From the NCBI GenBank assembly GCA_035945995.1, contig DASYZR010000153.1:22330-86329 (forward strand): a stretch of 64,000 bases of DNA. The letters are read 5' to 3'. The notes under the pieces were generated by a model. It searched no databases. It was not told where the DNA came from and saw nothing but the letters and a program-made list of their open reading frames with translations. The stretch is from a bacterium. GTDB taxonomy: Bacteria; Sysuimicrobiota; Sysuimicrobiia; Sysuimicrobiales; Segetimicrobiaceae. Both the position numbers and the translations under genes were made by a program. Shown here piece by piece: positions 18,972-29,473 of the stretch; within the stretch, counting starts at the first letter, position 1, and the number at the start of each line of letters is the position of its first letter.

Positions 18972-19694
18972 TCACGGGCGGGGGCGCGCCCCGATGCCCA
19001 GGTAGGCGCGCCGGACCGCCTCGTTCCGCGCCAGCTCGGCGGCGGGCCCCTCGAGCGCGATGCGGCCGTTCTCCAGGACGTAGGCGCGGTGCGCCAGGCG
19101 CAGCGCGGCGCTGGCGTTCTGCTCGACGAGAAGGACCGTCGTCCCCTCCCGATTGATCTCCGAGATCTTCTGAAAGATCAGATGGACCAGCACGGGCGCG
19201 AGGCCCATCGAGGGTTCGTCGAGCAGAAGCAGCCGCGGCCTCGTCATGAGCGCGCGCGCCATGGCCAGCATCTGCTGTTCGCCCCCCGATAGCGTGCCCG
19301 CCAGCTGCCCGCGCCGCTCCGCGAGACGGGGAAACAACGCAAAGACGCGGTCGAGGGCGCCCCGCGGCAGGCGCCGCTCGATGTAGGCGCCGAGCCGAAG
19401 ATTCTCCTCGACCGTCATCAGCGTGAAGATCCACCGTCCTTCCGGGACCTGCGTCAGGCCCAGGCCGACGATCTCATGCGCCGGCCGGGTGTCGATCCGC
19501 TCTCCGGCGAAGTGCACCTCGCCGGACCGCGGCCGCAGGAGGCCGGAGATCGTGCGCAGCGCGGTCGTCTTGCCGGCGCCGTTGGCGCCCAGGAGCGCGA
19601 CGATCTCCCCCTCGTCGACGTGAAAGGACGGCCCGTGCAGCGCCTCGATGCTGCCGTACGCGGTGACGACGTCGCGCACCTCGAGGAGACTCAC
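18972..19694 (-). CDS. livF: Branched-chain amino acid ABC transporter ATP-binding protein (LivF-type)
   Basis: Walker A GANGAGKTT; signature LSGGEQQM; Walker B LLLLDEPS; 240 aa. Confidence 0.85.
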   Translation of the reverse strand: MSLLEVRDVVTAYGSIEALHGPSFHVDEGEIVALLGANGAGKTTALRTISGLLRPRSGEVHFAGERIDTRPAHEIVGLGLTQVPEGRWIFTLMTVEENLRLGAYIERRLPRGALDRVFALFPRLAERRGQLAGTLSGGEQQMLAMARALMTRPRLLLLDEPSMGLAPVLVHLIFQKISEINREGTTVLLVEQNASAALRLAHRAYVLENGRIALEGPAAELARNEAVRRAYLGIGARPRP

Positions 19695-20545
19695 TCCGCG
19701 TCCTCCCGGCCGAGGTAGGCCTCGATCACCTTGGGATCGCGCTGGATCTCGTCCGGAACGCCCTCGGCGATCTGGACGCCGTGGTCCAGCACGATGATCC
19801 GGTCGCTGATCCCCATGACGACGCTCATGTCGTGCTCGATCAGCAGCACCGTGACGCCGGAGTCGCGGATCCGGGCGACGAGCTGCACGAGCCCGGCTTT
19901 TTCCGCGGGGTTCATGCCGCTCGCCGGTTCGTCGAGGATCAAGAGGCGCGGACCGGTCGCAAGCGCCCGGGCGATCTCGAGGCGCCGCTGGTTGCCGTAG
20001 GCCAGCTCACGCGCCTGCCGGCGCGCATGACCCTCCAGTCCAACGAACGCCAGGCCCTGGCGCGTCTCCTCGCGGACCCACGCCTCCTCCCGCCGGTGCA
20101 GGGGCGTGTGCAGCAGCGAGTCGAGGGTGCCCGCGCGGATCCGGCCGTGGAGGCCGATCATCACGTTCTCATCCACGCCGAGATCGGGAAACAGGCGGAT
20201 CATCTGGAAGGTGCGCGCGATCCCGTGCCTGACCACGAGATCGGGACGCAGCCCCGTGAGGTTCTTCCCCTCGAAGGTGATCCGGCCCGAGGTGGGGCGC
20301 AGAAATCCGGTGATGCAGTTGAACACGGTCGTCTTCCCGGCGCCGTTGGGACCGATGATGCTCAGGATCTCCCGGGACCGGACGGTCAACGACACATCGC
20401 TCACGGCGACCAGGCCGCCGAAGCGCATCGTGAGGTGCTCGACGTCCAGAACGGCGCCGGTCTCCAGGGCCGGCGGCTGGTCCGCCGGCTGTGATTTCAT
20501 CGTGGCCGGCGGCTGGTCCGCCGGCGGGGGAAACGCGGCGGTCAT
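19691..20545 (-). CDS. livG: Branched-chain amino acid ABC transporter ATP-binding protein (LivG-type)
   Basis: GPNGAGKTT; YGNQRRLEIARAL; LLILDEPASG. ATGA overlap with the livM stop. The N-terminus contains an ADQPPA tandem repeat; the alternative start is M at 20500. Confidence 0.8.
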   Translation of the reverse strand: MTAAFPPPADQPPATMKSQPADQPPALETGAVLDVEHLTMRFGGLVAVSDVSLTVRSREILSIIGPNGAGKTTVFNCITGFLRPTSGRITFEGKNLTGLRPDLVVRHGIARTFQMIRLFPDLGVDENVMIGLHGRIRAGTLDSLLHTPLHRREEAWVREETRQGLAFVGLEGHARRQARELAYGNQRRLEIARALATGPRLLILDEPASGMNPAEKAGLVQLVARIRDSGVTVLLIEHDMSVVMGISDRIIVLDHGVQIAEGVPDEIQRDPKVIEAYLGREDAE

Positions 20546-21578
20546 GACGGGGCTCCCGACGCCGCCGAATCGGCCGCAGACGCGCCGCCCGCGGAGACCC
20601 CGGCCGCGGCCTCCGCCTCCGAGCGCTCGACGGCCAGTTGCTCGATGCGGCCGTAGCGGCTGGGCCACAGTCCCTGCGGCCGCAGCAGCATCATGACGAT
20701 GAGGCCGATTCCGAACGCGAGCATCCGGACCTGATCGAACGCGCGGAGCACCTCGGGCAGGATGATGATGACGGCGGCGCCCAGGATCACGCCCGGCAGG
20801 CTCCCCCGGCCGCCCAGAATGATGACCATGAGGATGGTCACGGATTGAATGAACGTGAAGCTCGACGGGTTGATCGCCGTGAGCTTCGCCGCAAAGAACG
20901 AGCCGGCCGCGCCGGCGAAGATGGCCCCCAGGACGTAGGCCAGCAACTTGAAGTACACGGTATTGATGCCGGCCGCCTGGGCGGCGGCCTCGTCCTCCCG
21001 GATGGCGAGCCAGGCGCGTCCCAGCCGCGACGTGGAAAGATTATAACTACCGATGAGGACGACGAGCGCGAACGCCATCCCGAGAAAGTACAGCGCCTGC
21101 GGCGACCGCACGACGAGCGCGCCGATCTTCGCGTGGGGAATGCCGTAAATGCCCTCCGGCCCGCCGGTAAACGTGAGATTCGTGGCGGCGATGCGGACGA
21201 TCTCGCCGAAACCCAGCGTGACGATCGCCAGATAGTCGCTGCGCATCCTGAGCGTGGGCGCGCCGATGATGACGCCGGAGACGGCGGTGAAGCAGGCGGC
21301 GATCGGGAGCGTGAGCCAGAACGACATGTGCGTGTTGACCATGAAGTATGCCGTCGTGTAGGCGCCGATCGCGAAGAACGCCGCGTAGCCGAGGTCCAGC
21401 AGGCCGGCAAACCCGACCACGACGTTGAGGCCGAGGCCGAGCATCACGTAGACGAGGACGAGCGTCCCGACGTCGATCAGATAAGGCGTGCCGAACACGG
21501 GTAGTGCGATCGCCGCCAGGACGGCCGCTCCGGTCAGCGCGGTCTGATACAGGGGGCGCGACGGATCGGGGCGGAGGT

Positions 21579-21582
<4 letters not shown>
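20542..21582 (-). CDS. livM: Branched-chain amino acid ABC transporter permease (LivM-type)
   Basis: 346 aa polytopic membrane protein; C-terminal low-complexity tail (EAEAAAGVSAGGASAADSAASGAPS). Confidence 0.8.
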
Positions 21583-22478
<896 letters not shown>

Positions 22479-22567
22479 AGACCTAGGACGGTGGTCCCGC
22501 GTCCCGCGGGACAGGGGCAGTCGGGGCCGCCTCTCGCAAGAGACGGCCCCGCGACGCTACGAAGACC

Positions 22568-23692
22568 TCACATTCCGGTGGGCACGAACTTGTCGCCCTT
22601 GATAATGTACGTGATGTAGAGCACGCTCGTCCGGTCGCCCTTCTTGTCGAAGGCGATCTTCCCCGTGGCGCCTTGATAGGCCGTGGTGGCCGCGAGGGCC
22701 TTGATGATGGACGCGCGGTTCGCACTCTTGGCCCGCTGCATCGCGTTGATCACCACGCCCACGGCATCGTACTCGAGCGCCGAGTACGGGCCCGGATCCG
22801 CCTTCCACCGCTTCGTGTAGCGGGCGATGAACGACTTGGCCGTTGACTGGTCCTGCGGCAGCGGGGTCGACGTGATGTAGACTCCCGTGGATGCTGGGCC
22901 GGCCTCCTTGATGAACGTGGGGTCGTTGTTCGCGTCGCCGGCCATGAACTTCCCGGAGACGCCCAGATCCTTGAACTGCTTGGCGACCAGGCCGCCTTCG
23001 GGGTAGTACCCGGTGAAGTACGTGACGTCGGGGTTGAGGCTCTTCACCTTGGTCAGCGCGGCCGAGAAGTCCTTTTCACCCGGCGTGATCGCGTCGAAGA
23101 AGACGACCTGCACGCCCGACATCTTCTTGAGGGCGTCCTGGGTAGCCGTGGCCAAGCCCTTGGCGTAGAGCGTGTTGTCGTGGATGATCGCGATCTTCTT
23201 CGCGTGAAGCTCCTTCGTCATGAAGCCGGCGGCGTAGGGACCCTGCTGGTCGTCACGGCCGATGACCCGGAACACGTTCTCGAACCCCTGGTCGGTGAGC
23301 TTGGGGTTGCTGGACGCGTCCGCCACGAACGCGACCCCCGCGTCGTGATACACGGCGCTCGCCGGAATCGCCGCCGACGAGCAGTAGCCGCCGGCCACCG
23401 CGACCACGCCGGCATCGATCAGTTTGTGCGCGGCCGTCACGGCCTGCTGCGCGTCGCAGGCGTCGTCGAACGACACGATCTCGAGCTTCCGCCCGAGGAC
23501 GCCGCCCTTGGCATTCTGTTCATCCGCGGCCATCGTCGCCGCCTGCACGATATCGCTGCCCATCTTGGCGTTGCCGCCCGAGAGCGGAACCGGCACCCCG
23601 ATCTTGATCGTCGCGGCCTGCGCGCCGACGCCGGAAACCGTGACGGACAGCAGCAGCGCAAGCATCGCCGCCGCCGCAAGAACGCTCCGCAT
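22568..23692 (-). CDS. livK: Leu/Ile/Val-binding-family periplasmic substrate-binding protein (LivK-like) with signal peptide
   Basis: MRSVLAAAAMLALLLSVTVSGVGAQA signal peptide; IKIGVPVPLSGGNAKMG. GGAGGGGGTGGGGG lies immediately upstream. The track ORF has a 154-codon artefactual N-terminal extension. Confidence 0.8.
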   Translation of the reverse strand: MRSVLAAAAMLALLLSVTVSGVGAQAATIKIGVPVPLSGGNAKMGSDIVQAATMAADEQNAKGGVLGRKLEIVSFDDACDAQQAVTAAHKLIDAGVVAVAGGYCSSAAIPASAVYHDAGVAFVADASSNPKLTDQGFENVFRVIGRDDQQGPYAAGFMTKELHAKKIAIIHDNTLYAKGLATATQDALKKMSGVQVVFFDAITPGEKDFSAALTKVKSLNPDVTYFTGYYPEGGLVAKQFKDLGVSGKFMAGDANNDPTFIKEAGPASTGVYITSTPLPQDQSTAKSFIARYTKRWKADPGPYSALEYDAVGVVINAMQRAKSANRASIIKALAATTAYQGATGKIAFDKKGDRTSVLYITYIIKGDKFVPTGM

Positions 23693-23833
23693 CCCCCACC
23701 CCCTCCGCGGTCGGGCGCGTGACCCCTGCTTGGGGGCGCCCGTCGCTACGTGCCCGCGGCCCTTCTCAGAAGAAGGTGGCAAATCCTTCCCGCCAGAACA
23801 GCCGCGTGGAGACGCATCTGCGGAGGTGGCGCG

Positions 23834-24502
23834 GTGGAGCATCCCGGGATCACGCCGTCGTTGATCGCCTTTGAGGAAACGATTCCGCCCCGCGGGGGCA
23901 CGGCGTTTCCGATCAAGGCCGGGCAGGTGTGCCGCGTCGTGGACCTCGAGGGGAAGCAGGTGGCGGACTTCATCTGCTTCAACCTCCACGATTTCGCCGA
24001 CAAGCTCTCCCCCGAGAACACGCAGTTGCTCAACGGCACCCTGTTCCTCACGACGGGCCACCACCTGTACTCCACGAAGGCGACGCGGCTCATGACGATC
24101 ACGGCCGACACCTGCGGCGTCCACGACCTGATCAGCGGATCCTGCAGCGAGCAAACAAACGCGTTCCGCTACGGGGTGCGCGGCACGCCCAACTGCCGCA
24201 GCAACTTCGAGCGGGTGCTCAAGCCCTACGGGATTCCGCCGGCCGAAATCCCCTACTCCTTCAACGTCTTCATGAACACCCCGATCTCGGCCGAAGGGCG
24301 GACCGGCATCCAGGAGCCGGAATCGAAGCCCGGGGACTACCTCGACGTGCGCGCCAACGTCGATCTGCTCATCGCGATCTCAAACTGCCCGCAGGAGCGG
24401 AACCCCTGCAACGCCTTCAACCCCACGCAGCTCGGGGTCGTGGTGTACGAGGTGGAACCGACCGGCAAGGGCGCGGCCATCCAGGCGCCCGGCGTGGGCT
24501 AG
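23834..24502 (+). CDS. DUF1989 (CgdA/B-like) family protein, copy 2, divergent from the liv operon
   Basis: 222 aa. AFPIKAGQVCRVVDLEGKQVADF...GDYLDVRANVDLLIAISNCPQ. GTG start with GGAGGTG 5 nt upstream. Confidence 0.7.
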   Translation: MEHPGITPSLIAFEETIPPRGGTAFPIKAGQVCRVVDLEGKQVADFICFNLHDFADKLSPENTQLLNGTLFLTTGHHLYSTKATRLMTITADTCGVHDLISGSCSEQTNAFRYGVRGTPNCRSNFERVLKPYGIPPAEIPYSFNVFMNTPISAEGRTGIQEPESKPGDYLDVRANVDLLIAISNCPQERNPCNAFNPTQLGVVVYEVEPTGKGAAIQAPGVG

Positions 24503-25794
24503 AACGCGGCGCCGTTGACCGGCTCCACCCGGGGGACCGGCGCGAACGTCCGGGGCGACAGCCCCTCGAGATCGTGCGCCGGCGCGCGGCCCGCGACGAG
24601 ATCGGCGACGATCCGGGCCGAGCCGCATGCCATCGTCCACCCCAAGTGCCCGTGGCCCGAGTTGAAGAAGAGGTTGCGGTGGCGGCCCGCTCCGAGCACC
24701 GGCGGACCGCCCGGCGTCATCGGCCGCAGGCAGGCGCGGTACTCCCCGCGCGTGTAGTCGGCGGCGTCGGGAAACAGATCGCGCGCCAGCCGTTGGATGT
24801 TCGCAAAGTTCCGCGGGCTCCAGCTCCAGTCGTACCCGGCGAATTCGGCGGTGGACGTCAGCCGCAGCCGGTCGCCCATCCGGGACCACGCCACGAGCCA
24901 GCGTTCGTCGACACCCGGGACGCTGGGCGCAAGCCCGCCCGGCCGCAGGGGAAAGGTCGATGAGTACCCCTTGGCGGGATAGATCGGCAGCCGTGCGCCC
25001 ACCGTGCGGGCGATGATGGGACTCGAGACGCCGAGCGCCAGCACGTAGGCATCGGCGGCCAACACGCCGCGGTCGGTCAGGACACCGGAGATGCGATCCC
25101 CGCCGGCGCGCAACGCTCGCACGCGGGTGCCGAGCCGGAACGTCACGCCGAGCTTCTCGCGGCACACGCGTCCCAACTCTTCCGTGAACAACCGGGAGTC
25201 GCCGCTCGAGTCGGTCAGGTCGAGCACGGCGCCGGCGATCTTGTGCCTGACCGGCTCGAAGACCGGATCGAGCTTCGCCACCGCGTCGGGGTCGAGCACT
25301 TCCTGCCGCTGCCCGTGCTCGGCCAGAAGGCGCATCTTCTTCACGCCGGCCTCGAGTTCGGCCGCGTCGCGGCAGAGGTACAAGGCCCCGCGGGCAATCG
25401 CGTGGTAGGCAATCCCCTCCCGGCGCACGAGCTCGGCCATCACCGCCTGGCTGTACTGGCACAGCCTCAGCTTCACGAGCGTGTTGCGGCGCGCGCGGCC
25501 GGCCGTGCATTCGCGGAGGAAGCGCAGGCCCCAGGAGTACAGCCGGGGATCGGGCCGCAGCCTCACGCGGATCGCGGTTTGCTGTCCGAGAAGCGACCGG
25601 AGCAGCATGGCCGGCGCCCCCGGAGACGCCCAGGCAAATGCGTGGCCCGCCGCGACGATGCCCGCGTTGCCGCCGCTGGCTTCCTGCCCGACCCCGTCCC
25701 GCTGCTCGACCAGGACCACCTCGCATCCGTCCTGCGCGAGGTAGTACGCCGTCGCCACGCCGATGACGCCGCCGCCGAGGACAAGGACCTTCAT
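24499..25794 (-). CDS. dadA: FAD-dependent D-amino acid dehydrogenase (DadA-like)
   Basis: MKVLVLGGGVIGVATAYYLA (FAD dinucleotide-binding fold)...PIYPAKGYS...NSGHGHLGWTMACGSA. ATGA overlap with the upstream CoxL gene. The 738-aa track ORF is a spurious extension. Confidence 0.8.
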   Translation of the reverse strand: MKVLVLGGGVIGVATAYYLAQDGCEVVLVEQRDGVGQEASGGNAGIVAAGHAFAWASPGAPAMLLRSLLGQQTAIRVRLRPDPRLYSWGLRFLRECTAGRARRNTLVKLRLCQYSQAVMAELVRREGIAYHAIARGALYLCRDAAELEAGVKKMRLLAEHGQRQEVLDPDAVAKLDPVFEPVRHKIAGAVLDLTDSSGDSRLFTEELGRVCREKLGVTFRLGTRVRALRAGGDRISGVLTDRGVLAADAYVLALGVSSPIIARTVGARLPIYPAKGYSSTFPLRPGGLAPSVPGVDERWLVAWSRMGDRLRLTSTAEFAGYDWSWSPRNFANIQRLARDLFPDAADYTRGEYRACLRPMTPGGPPVLGAGRHRNLFFNSGHGHLGWTMACGSARIVADLVAGRAPAHDLEGLSPRTFAPVPRVEPVNGAAF

Positions 25795-28118
25795 TCGCGC
25801 CCGCGGACGGGCCGCTCGCCGCGCGCCAGCGCCTGCGCCACCCGCTCCGGCGTGATCGGGAGCTCGGTAATGCGCACCCCCACCGCGTCTTCGATCGCGT
25901 TCGCAATCGCCGCGGCCGGCGGCCCGATCGGCGGCTCGCCGATGCCCCGCGCCCCAAACGGCCCCCGGCCGTCTCCCGATTCGAGCACGATCGGTTCGAC
26001 GTCCGGGACGTCGAGCGAGGTCGGGATCAGGTAGCCGGCAAAATTGGTGGACAGGTTGACGCCCCGATCGACCACGACTTCCTCCATCAGCGCGTACCCC
26101 AGCCCCATCACGGCGCCGCCTTGAATCTGCCCCTCGACGCTTTGGGGGTTGACGGCGCGACCGACGTCGTGGCACGCCGCGTGCCGGACGACGGCGACGG
26201 CGCCGGTCTCCGTGTCCACCTCCACGTCGACCGCGTGGGCCCCGAAGGTGAAGTCGGGGAAGATCCGGCCGCCGCCGCGCTCGAGATCGACCGGGTCGCC
26301 GGCCGGGGCGTGATACACGCCCAGGTGGCTCCGTGCGACCCCGCGGCGCGCGCATTCCCGCACCACCTCGGCCAGCGGGACGCGCCGGCCGCCGGACTCG
26401 GCGGCGCCGCCGTCGCGAAGGTCGACCCGGTCGGACGGCGTCTCGAGCATCTGCGCGGCCACCGGCAGGATCTGCCTCCGCAGCTCGGTGGCCGCTTGGA
26501 GCACGGCGTTGCCCGACATGTAGAGCTGGCGCGTGGCCGTCGTCGTGCCGGCGAGCGGCGTCAGCGCGCTGTCGCCGACGTGCACGGACACCGCGTCGGG
26601 CTCGACCCCGAGGATCTCGGCGGCGATCTGGCACAGGGAGGACGCCTGACCGCCGCCGACGTCGGGGACGCCCGTCCGGACGACCACGCTCCCGTCCATC
26701 TCGAACCCGACCCACGCGCTCGCCCAGTCGTGCAGCCAGACGATGCGGCCGTAGGGCTGGATGTTGCAGGCCAGGCCGCGGCCGGCGCGATGGGATGGCG
26801 TTCGAGGGGCGCGGCGCGGACCGAGCGCCGCCCAGGCGCGCTGCGCCGCCTCCGCCACCGCGACGTGCGTGTCCAGTTCCTGGCCGATCGGAAGCCGGTC
26901 GCCCTTGCGGAGCGCGTTCTGCACGCGCACCGCGACGGGGTCCAGTCCCAGGCGCCGCGCCAGCCGGTCCATCTGCGACTCGTAGCCGAACACCATCTGC
27001 ATGGCCCCGAATCCCCGCATCGCGCTCGTCGGCGGGTTGTTCGTGTATGCGGCGCGCGCGTCCACCGCGACGTTGGGCACCCGATAGGGCCCGGCGGCGG
27101 TGACGGTCGCGTACATCAGCACGAGGGCGCTGAGGTAGGCGTAGGCGCCCGAGTCGGCCAGGAGATCCACCGCCTGCGCCAGGAGCGTGCCGTCGCGCGA
27201 CGCCCCGGTGCGATAGTGCAGCACAAACGGATGACGCTTGGGACGGGCGAGGAGCGACTCCTGACGCGACCAGACCATCCGCACCGGCCGGCCCGTCCGG
27301 CGGGCGAGGAGACCGAGGAACACCTCGACGGTCACGTCTTCCTTACCGCCGAAGCCGCCCCCCACGTACGTGCCGATCACCCGCACTTTGTTGTGGGGAA
27401 GGGCGAGCGCCTCCGCGACGTCTCGAAAGTGCTCGATCACCTGGGTGGAGACCCGAATCACCAGTACACCGTCGGTGTCCACCCACGCGACCCCCGCCTC
27501 GGGCTCGAGGTAGGCGTGGTCGATGAACTGGCAGCGGTAGGTATGCTCCACCACCACGTCGGCCTCGGCGAGCGCCCGCTCGACGTCTCCGCATCCCGCG
27601 TGCCAGCGCGCCAGGAGGTTGCCCTCCTCGTGCACCTGGGGCGCGCCGGGACGCAGCGCGTCGGCCGAGTCGAACACGCCCGGCTGGACCTCGTAGTCGA
27701 CGTCGATCGCTTCGAGCGCCCGCCGCACCGTCTCGGGCGTCTCGGCCGCCACCAGGGCCACCGGCTCTCCCTGATATCGCACGACCCGCTCCGCGAGCAC
27801 CTGCAGCCGGGCCCGCAGGGCGCCGACCTCGCTGGTCTGACCGGGCACGTCCGTCCACAGGGTATTACGCGGCACGTCGTGGGCGGTCAGCACCGCGGCG
27901 ACGCCGGGCAGCGCGGCCGCGCGCGAGGTGTCGAGGCGGCGGATCCGGGCGGACGGGTACACGGAGCGCAGCACGCCGCCGTGCAGCATGCCCGGCATCT
28001 GCCAGTCGGCGGCGTACAGCGTCCGCGCCTGGACTTTGTCCCGGGCGTCGTGCCGCGCAATGGTCCGGCCGACGACGCGGAGGTGTGCGGCCGGCAGGAC
28101 CGCCGGGCCCTCAGCCAC
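25791..28118 (-). CDS. XDH/CoxL-family molybdopterin-binding large subunit, copy 2
   Basis: 775 aa; VGRTIARHDARDKVQARTLYAADW; GGGFGGKED; AMRGFGAMQ; GIGEPPIGPP. Confidence 0.85.
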   Translation of the reverse strand: MAEGPAVLPAAHLRVVGRTIARHDARDKVQARTLYAADWQMPGMLHGGVLRSVYPSARIRRLDTSRAAALPGVAAVLTAHDVPRNTLWTDVPGQTSEVGALRARLQVLAERVVRYQGEPVALVAAETPETVRRALEAIDVDYEVQPGVFDSADALRPGAPQVHEEGNLLARWHAGCGDVERALAEADVVVEHTYRCQFIDHAYLEPEAGVAWVDTDGVLVIRVSTQVIEHFRDVAEALALPHNKVRVIGTYVGGGFGGKEDVTVEVFLGLLARRTGRPVRMVWSRQESLLARPKRHPFVLHYRTGASRDGTLLAQAVDLLADSGAYAYLSALVLMYATVTAAGPYRVPNVAVDARAAYTNNPPTSAMRGFGAMQMVFGYESQMDRLARRLGLDPVAVRVQNALRKGDRLPIGQELDTHVAVAEAAQRAWAALGPRRAPRTPSHRAGRGLACNIQPYGRIVWLHDWASAWVGFEMDGSVVVRTGVPDVGGGQASSLCQIAAEILGVEPDAVSVHVGDSALTPLAGTTTATRQLYMSGNAVLQAATELRRQILPVAAQMLETPSDRVDLRDGGAAESGGRRVPLAEVVRECARRGVARSHLGVYHAPAGDPVDLERGGGRIFPDFTFGAHAVDVEVDTETGAVAVVRHAACHDVGRAVNPQSVEGQIQGGAVMGLGYALMEEVVVDRGVNLSTNFAGYLIPTSLDVPDVEPIVLESGDGRGPFGARGIGEPPIGPPAAAIANAIEDAVGVRITELPITPERVAQALARGERPVRGRE

Positions 28119-28593
28119 GGGACGCCGCCATCGTCCCGGCGGCGGCTTCGATCGCGTCCACGATCTTCGCGTAGCCCGTGCACCGGCACAGGTTGCCGGC
28201 GATGGCCCGGCGGATCTCCTGGCGCGTCGGCCGCCGGTGTTCCCGGAGGAACGCGTCCGCGGTCAGGATGATCCCCGGCGTGCAAAATCCGCACTGCGCC
28301 GCGCCGTGGGCGACGAACGCCTCCTGCAGCGGGTGCAGGCGCCCGGCGGGCGCGAGCCCGCGCAGCGTCGTCACGCTCTTGTCCGCGACGCGGGCGGCGA
28401 GCACCAGGCAGCTGCTCACCGGCTCCCCGTCCAGCAGCACGGTGCACGTGCCGCAGACGCCCTCGCCGCACCCTTCCTTGACTTCCATGGCGCCGAGATC
28501 GTCGCGCAGCACCTCGAGCAGCGTCTGGTGCGCGAGGACGCGCGCCTCGCGCCGGTCTCCATTCAGGGTGAAGGCGATCCTCAGCTCGGTCAC
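28111..28593 (-). CDS. [2Fe-2S]-binding small subunit (CoxS/XdhC-type)
   Basis: 160 aa; CGEGVCGTCTV (ferredoxin-like cluster) and CGFCTPG...CRCTGY (second cluster). GTGA overlap with the FAD-subunit stop. Confidence 0.85.
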   Translation of the reverse strand: MTELRIAFTLNGDRREARVLAHQTLLEVLRDDLGAMEVKEGCGEGVCGTCTVLLDGEPVSSCLVLAARVADKSVTTLRGLAPAGRLHPLQEAFVAHGAAQCGFCTPGIILTADAFLREHRRPTRQEIRRAIAGNLCRCTGYAKIVDAIEAAAGTMAASRG

Positions 28594-29471
28594 GGTCCCG
28601 CTCCCTTCGCCGCCTGCGCTGCCGCCCGCACGAGAGCCCGCCGGGCCATCACGCGGGTCAGGTGCCGGCGGTAGTCGGCCGACGCGTGCACGTCGCTCTC
28701 CGGCTCGATCTCCAGTGGATGATCCGTCACGGCGCGCCGGAACGTCTCCTCCGACGAGTCGGCCCCGGCCAGGGCGCGCTCCGCCGCGAGCAACCGCACC
28801 GGCGCCGGCCCGGCCCCGGCGATCGCCACGCGGGCGCGGGCCGTCTGTCCGCGGGCATCCAGCTCGACGACGGCGACCGCCGCGACAATGGCGAAGTCGC
28901 CGGCGCGCCGGGTGAATTCCTCCACGGCGTAGCCGGTCCGGCCGGCCGGCACGGGCAGCCGCACGGCGACCAGCAGCTCGTCGGCGCGAAGCGCGGTGGT
29001 GAGCAGGCCGGTGAAGAACTCCGCCGCCGGGATCTCGCGCCCGCCGCCGGGACCCCGGACGACGGCGATCCCGTCGAGCGCGCGCACGACCGCGGGCCAC
29101 TCCGCCGCGGGGTCGGCATGCGCCAGGCTGCCGCCGATCGTCCCCATCGTGCGCACCCGCACGTTGCCGATGAGCGCCGCCGCCTCCTGGAGCAGCGGGC
29201 ACTCCGCCAGCGGTCCGTCGCCGCGCTCGAGCGCCCGGTGGCGGACGAGCGCGCCGATCTCGAGCGTGTCGCCGTCCCGGCGCACGGCCCGCAACTCGTC
29301 GAGGCCGTAAATGTCCACGACCGCCCGCGGGCGCGCCAGGCGCAGCGTGAGCAGCGGCACGAGACTCTGTCCGCCGGCCAGCACCTTCGCCTCCTCGCCG
29401 AGGGATCCGAGGAGCGACAGCGCCTCGGCCAGCGTCGCCGGAACATGGTAGTCGAACGGCGCCGCCGGCAT
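28590..29471 (-). CDS. FAD-binding medium subunit (CoxM-type, molybdopterin dehydrogenase FAD-binding domain)
   Basis: 293 aa; MPAAPFDYHVPATLAEALSLL...KVLAGGQSLVPLL...TIGGSLAHADPAAE. Confidence 0.8.
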   Translation of the reverse strand: MPAAPFDYHVPATLAEALSLLGSLGEEAKVLAGGQSLVPLLTLRLARPRAVVDIYGLDELRAVRRDGDTLEIGALVRHRALERGDGPLAECPLLQEAAALIGNVRVRTMGTIGGSLAHADPAAEWPAVVRALDGIAVVRGPGGGREIPAAEFFTGLLTTALRADELLVAVRLPVPAGRTGYAVEEFTRRAGDFAIVAAVAVVELDARGQTARARVAIAGAGPAPVRLLAAERALAGADSSEETFRRAVTDHPLEIEPESDVHASADYRRHLTRVMARRALVRAAAQAAKGAGP

Positions 29472-29473
29472 CC

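Noticed and set aside
24380-26715. Long Arg-rich minus-strand ORFs (24380..25957 and the N-terminal part of 24499..26715) overlapping coxL copy 2 and dadA
   Set aside because: Alternative-frame artefacts. The DadA protein begins at MKVLVLGGG (25794) and CoxL occupies the upstream region in another frame.
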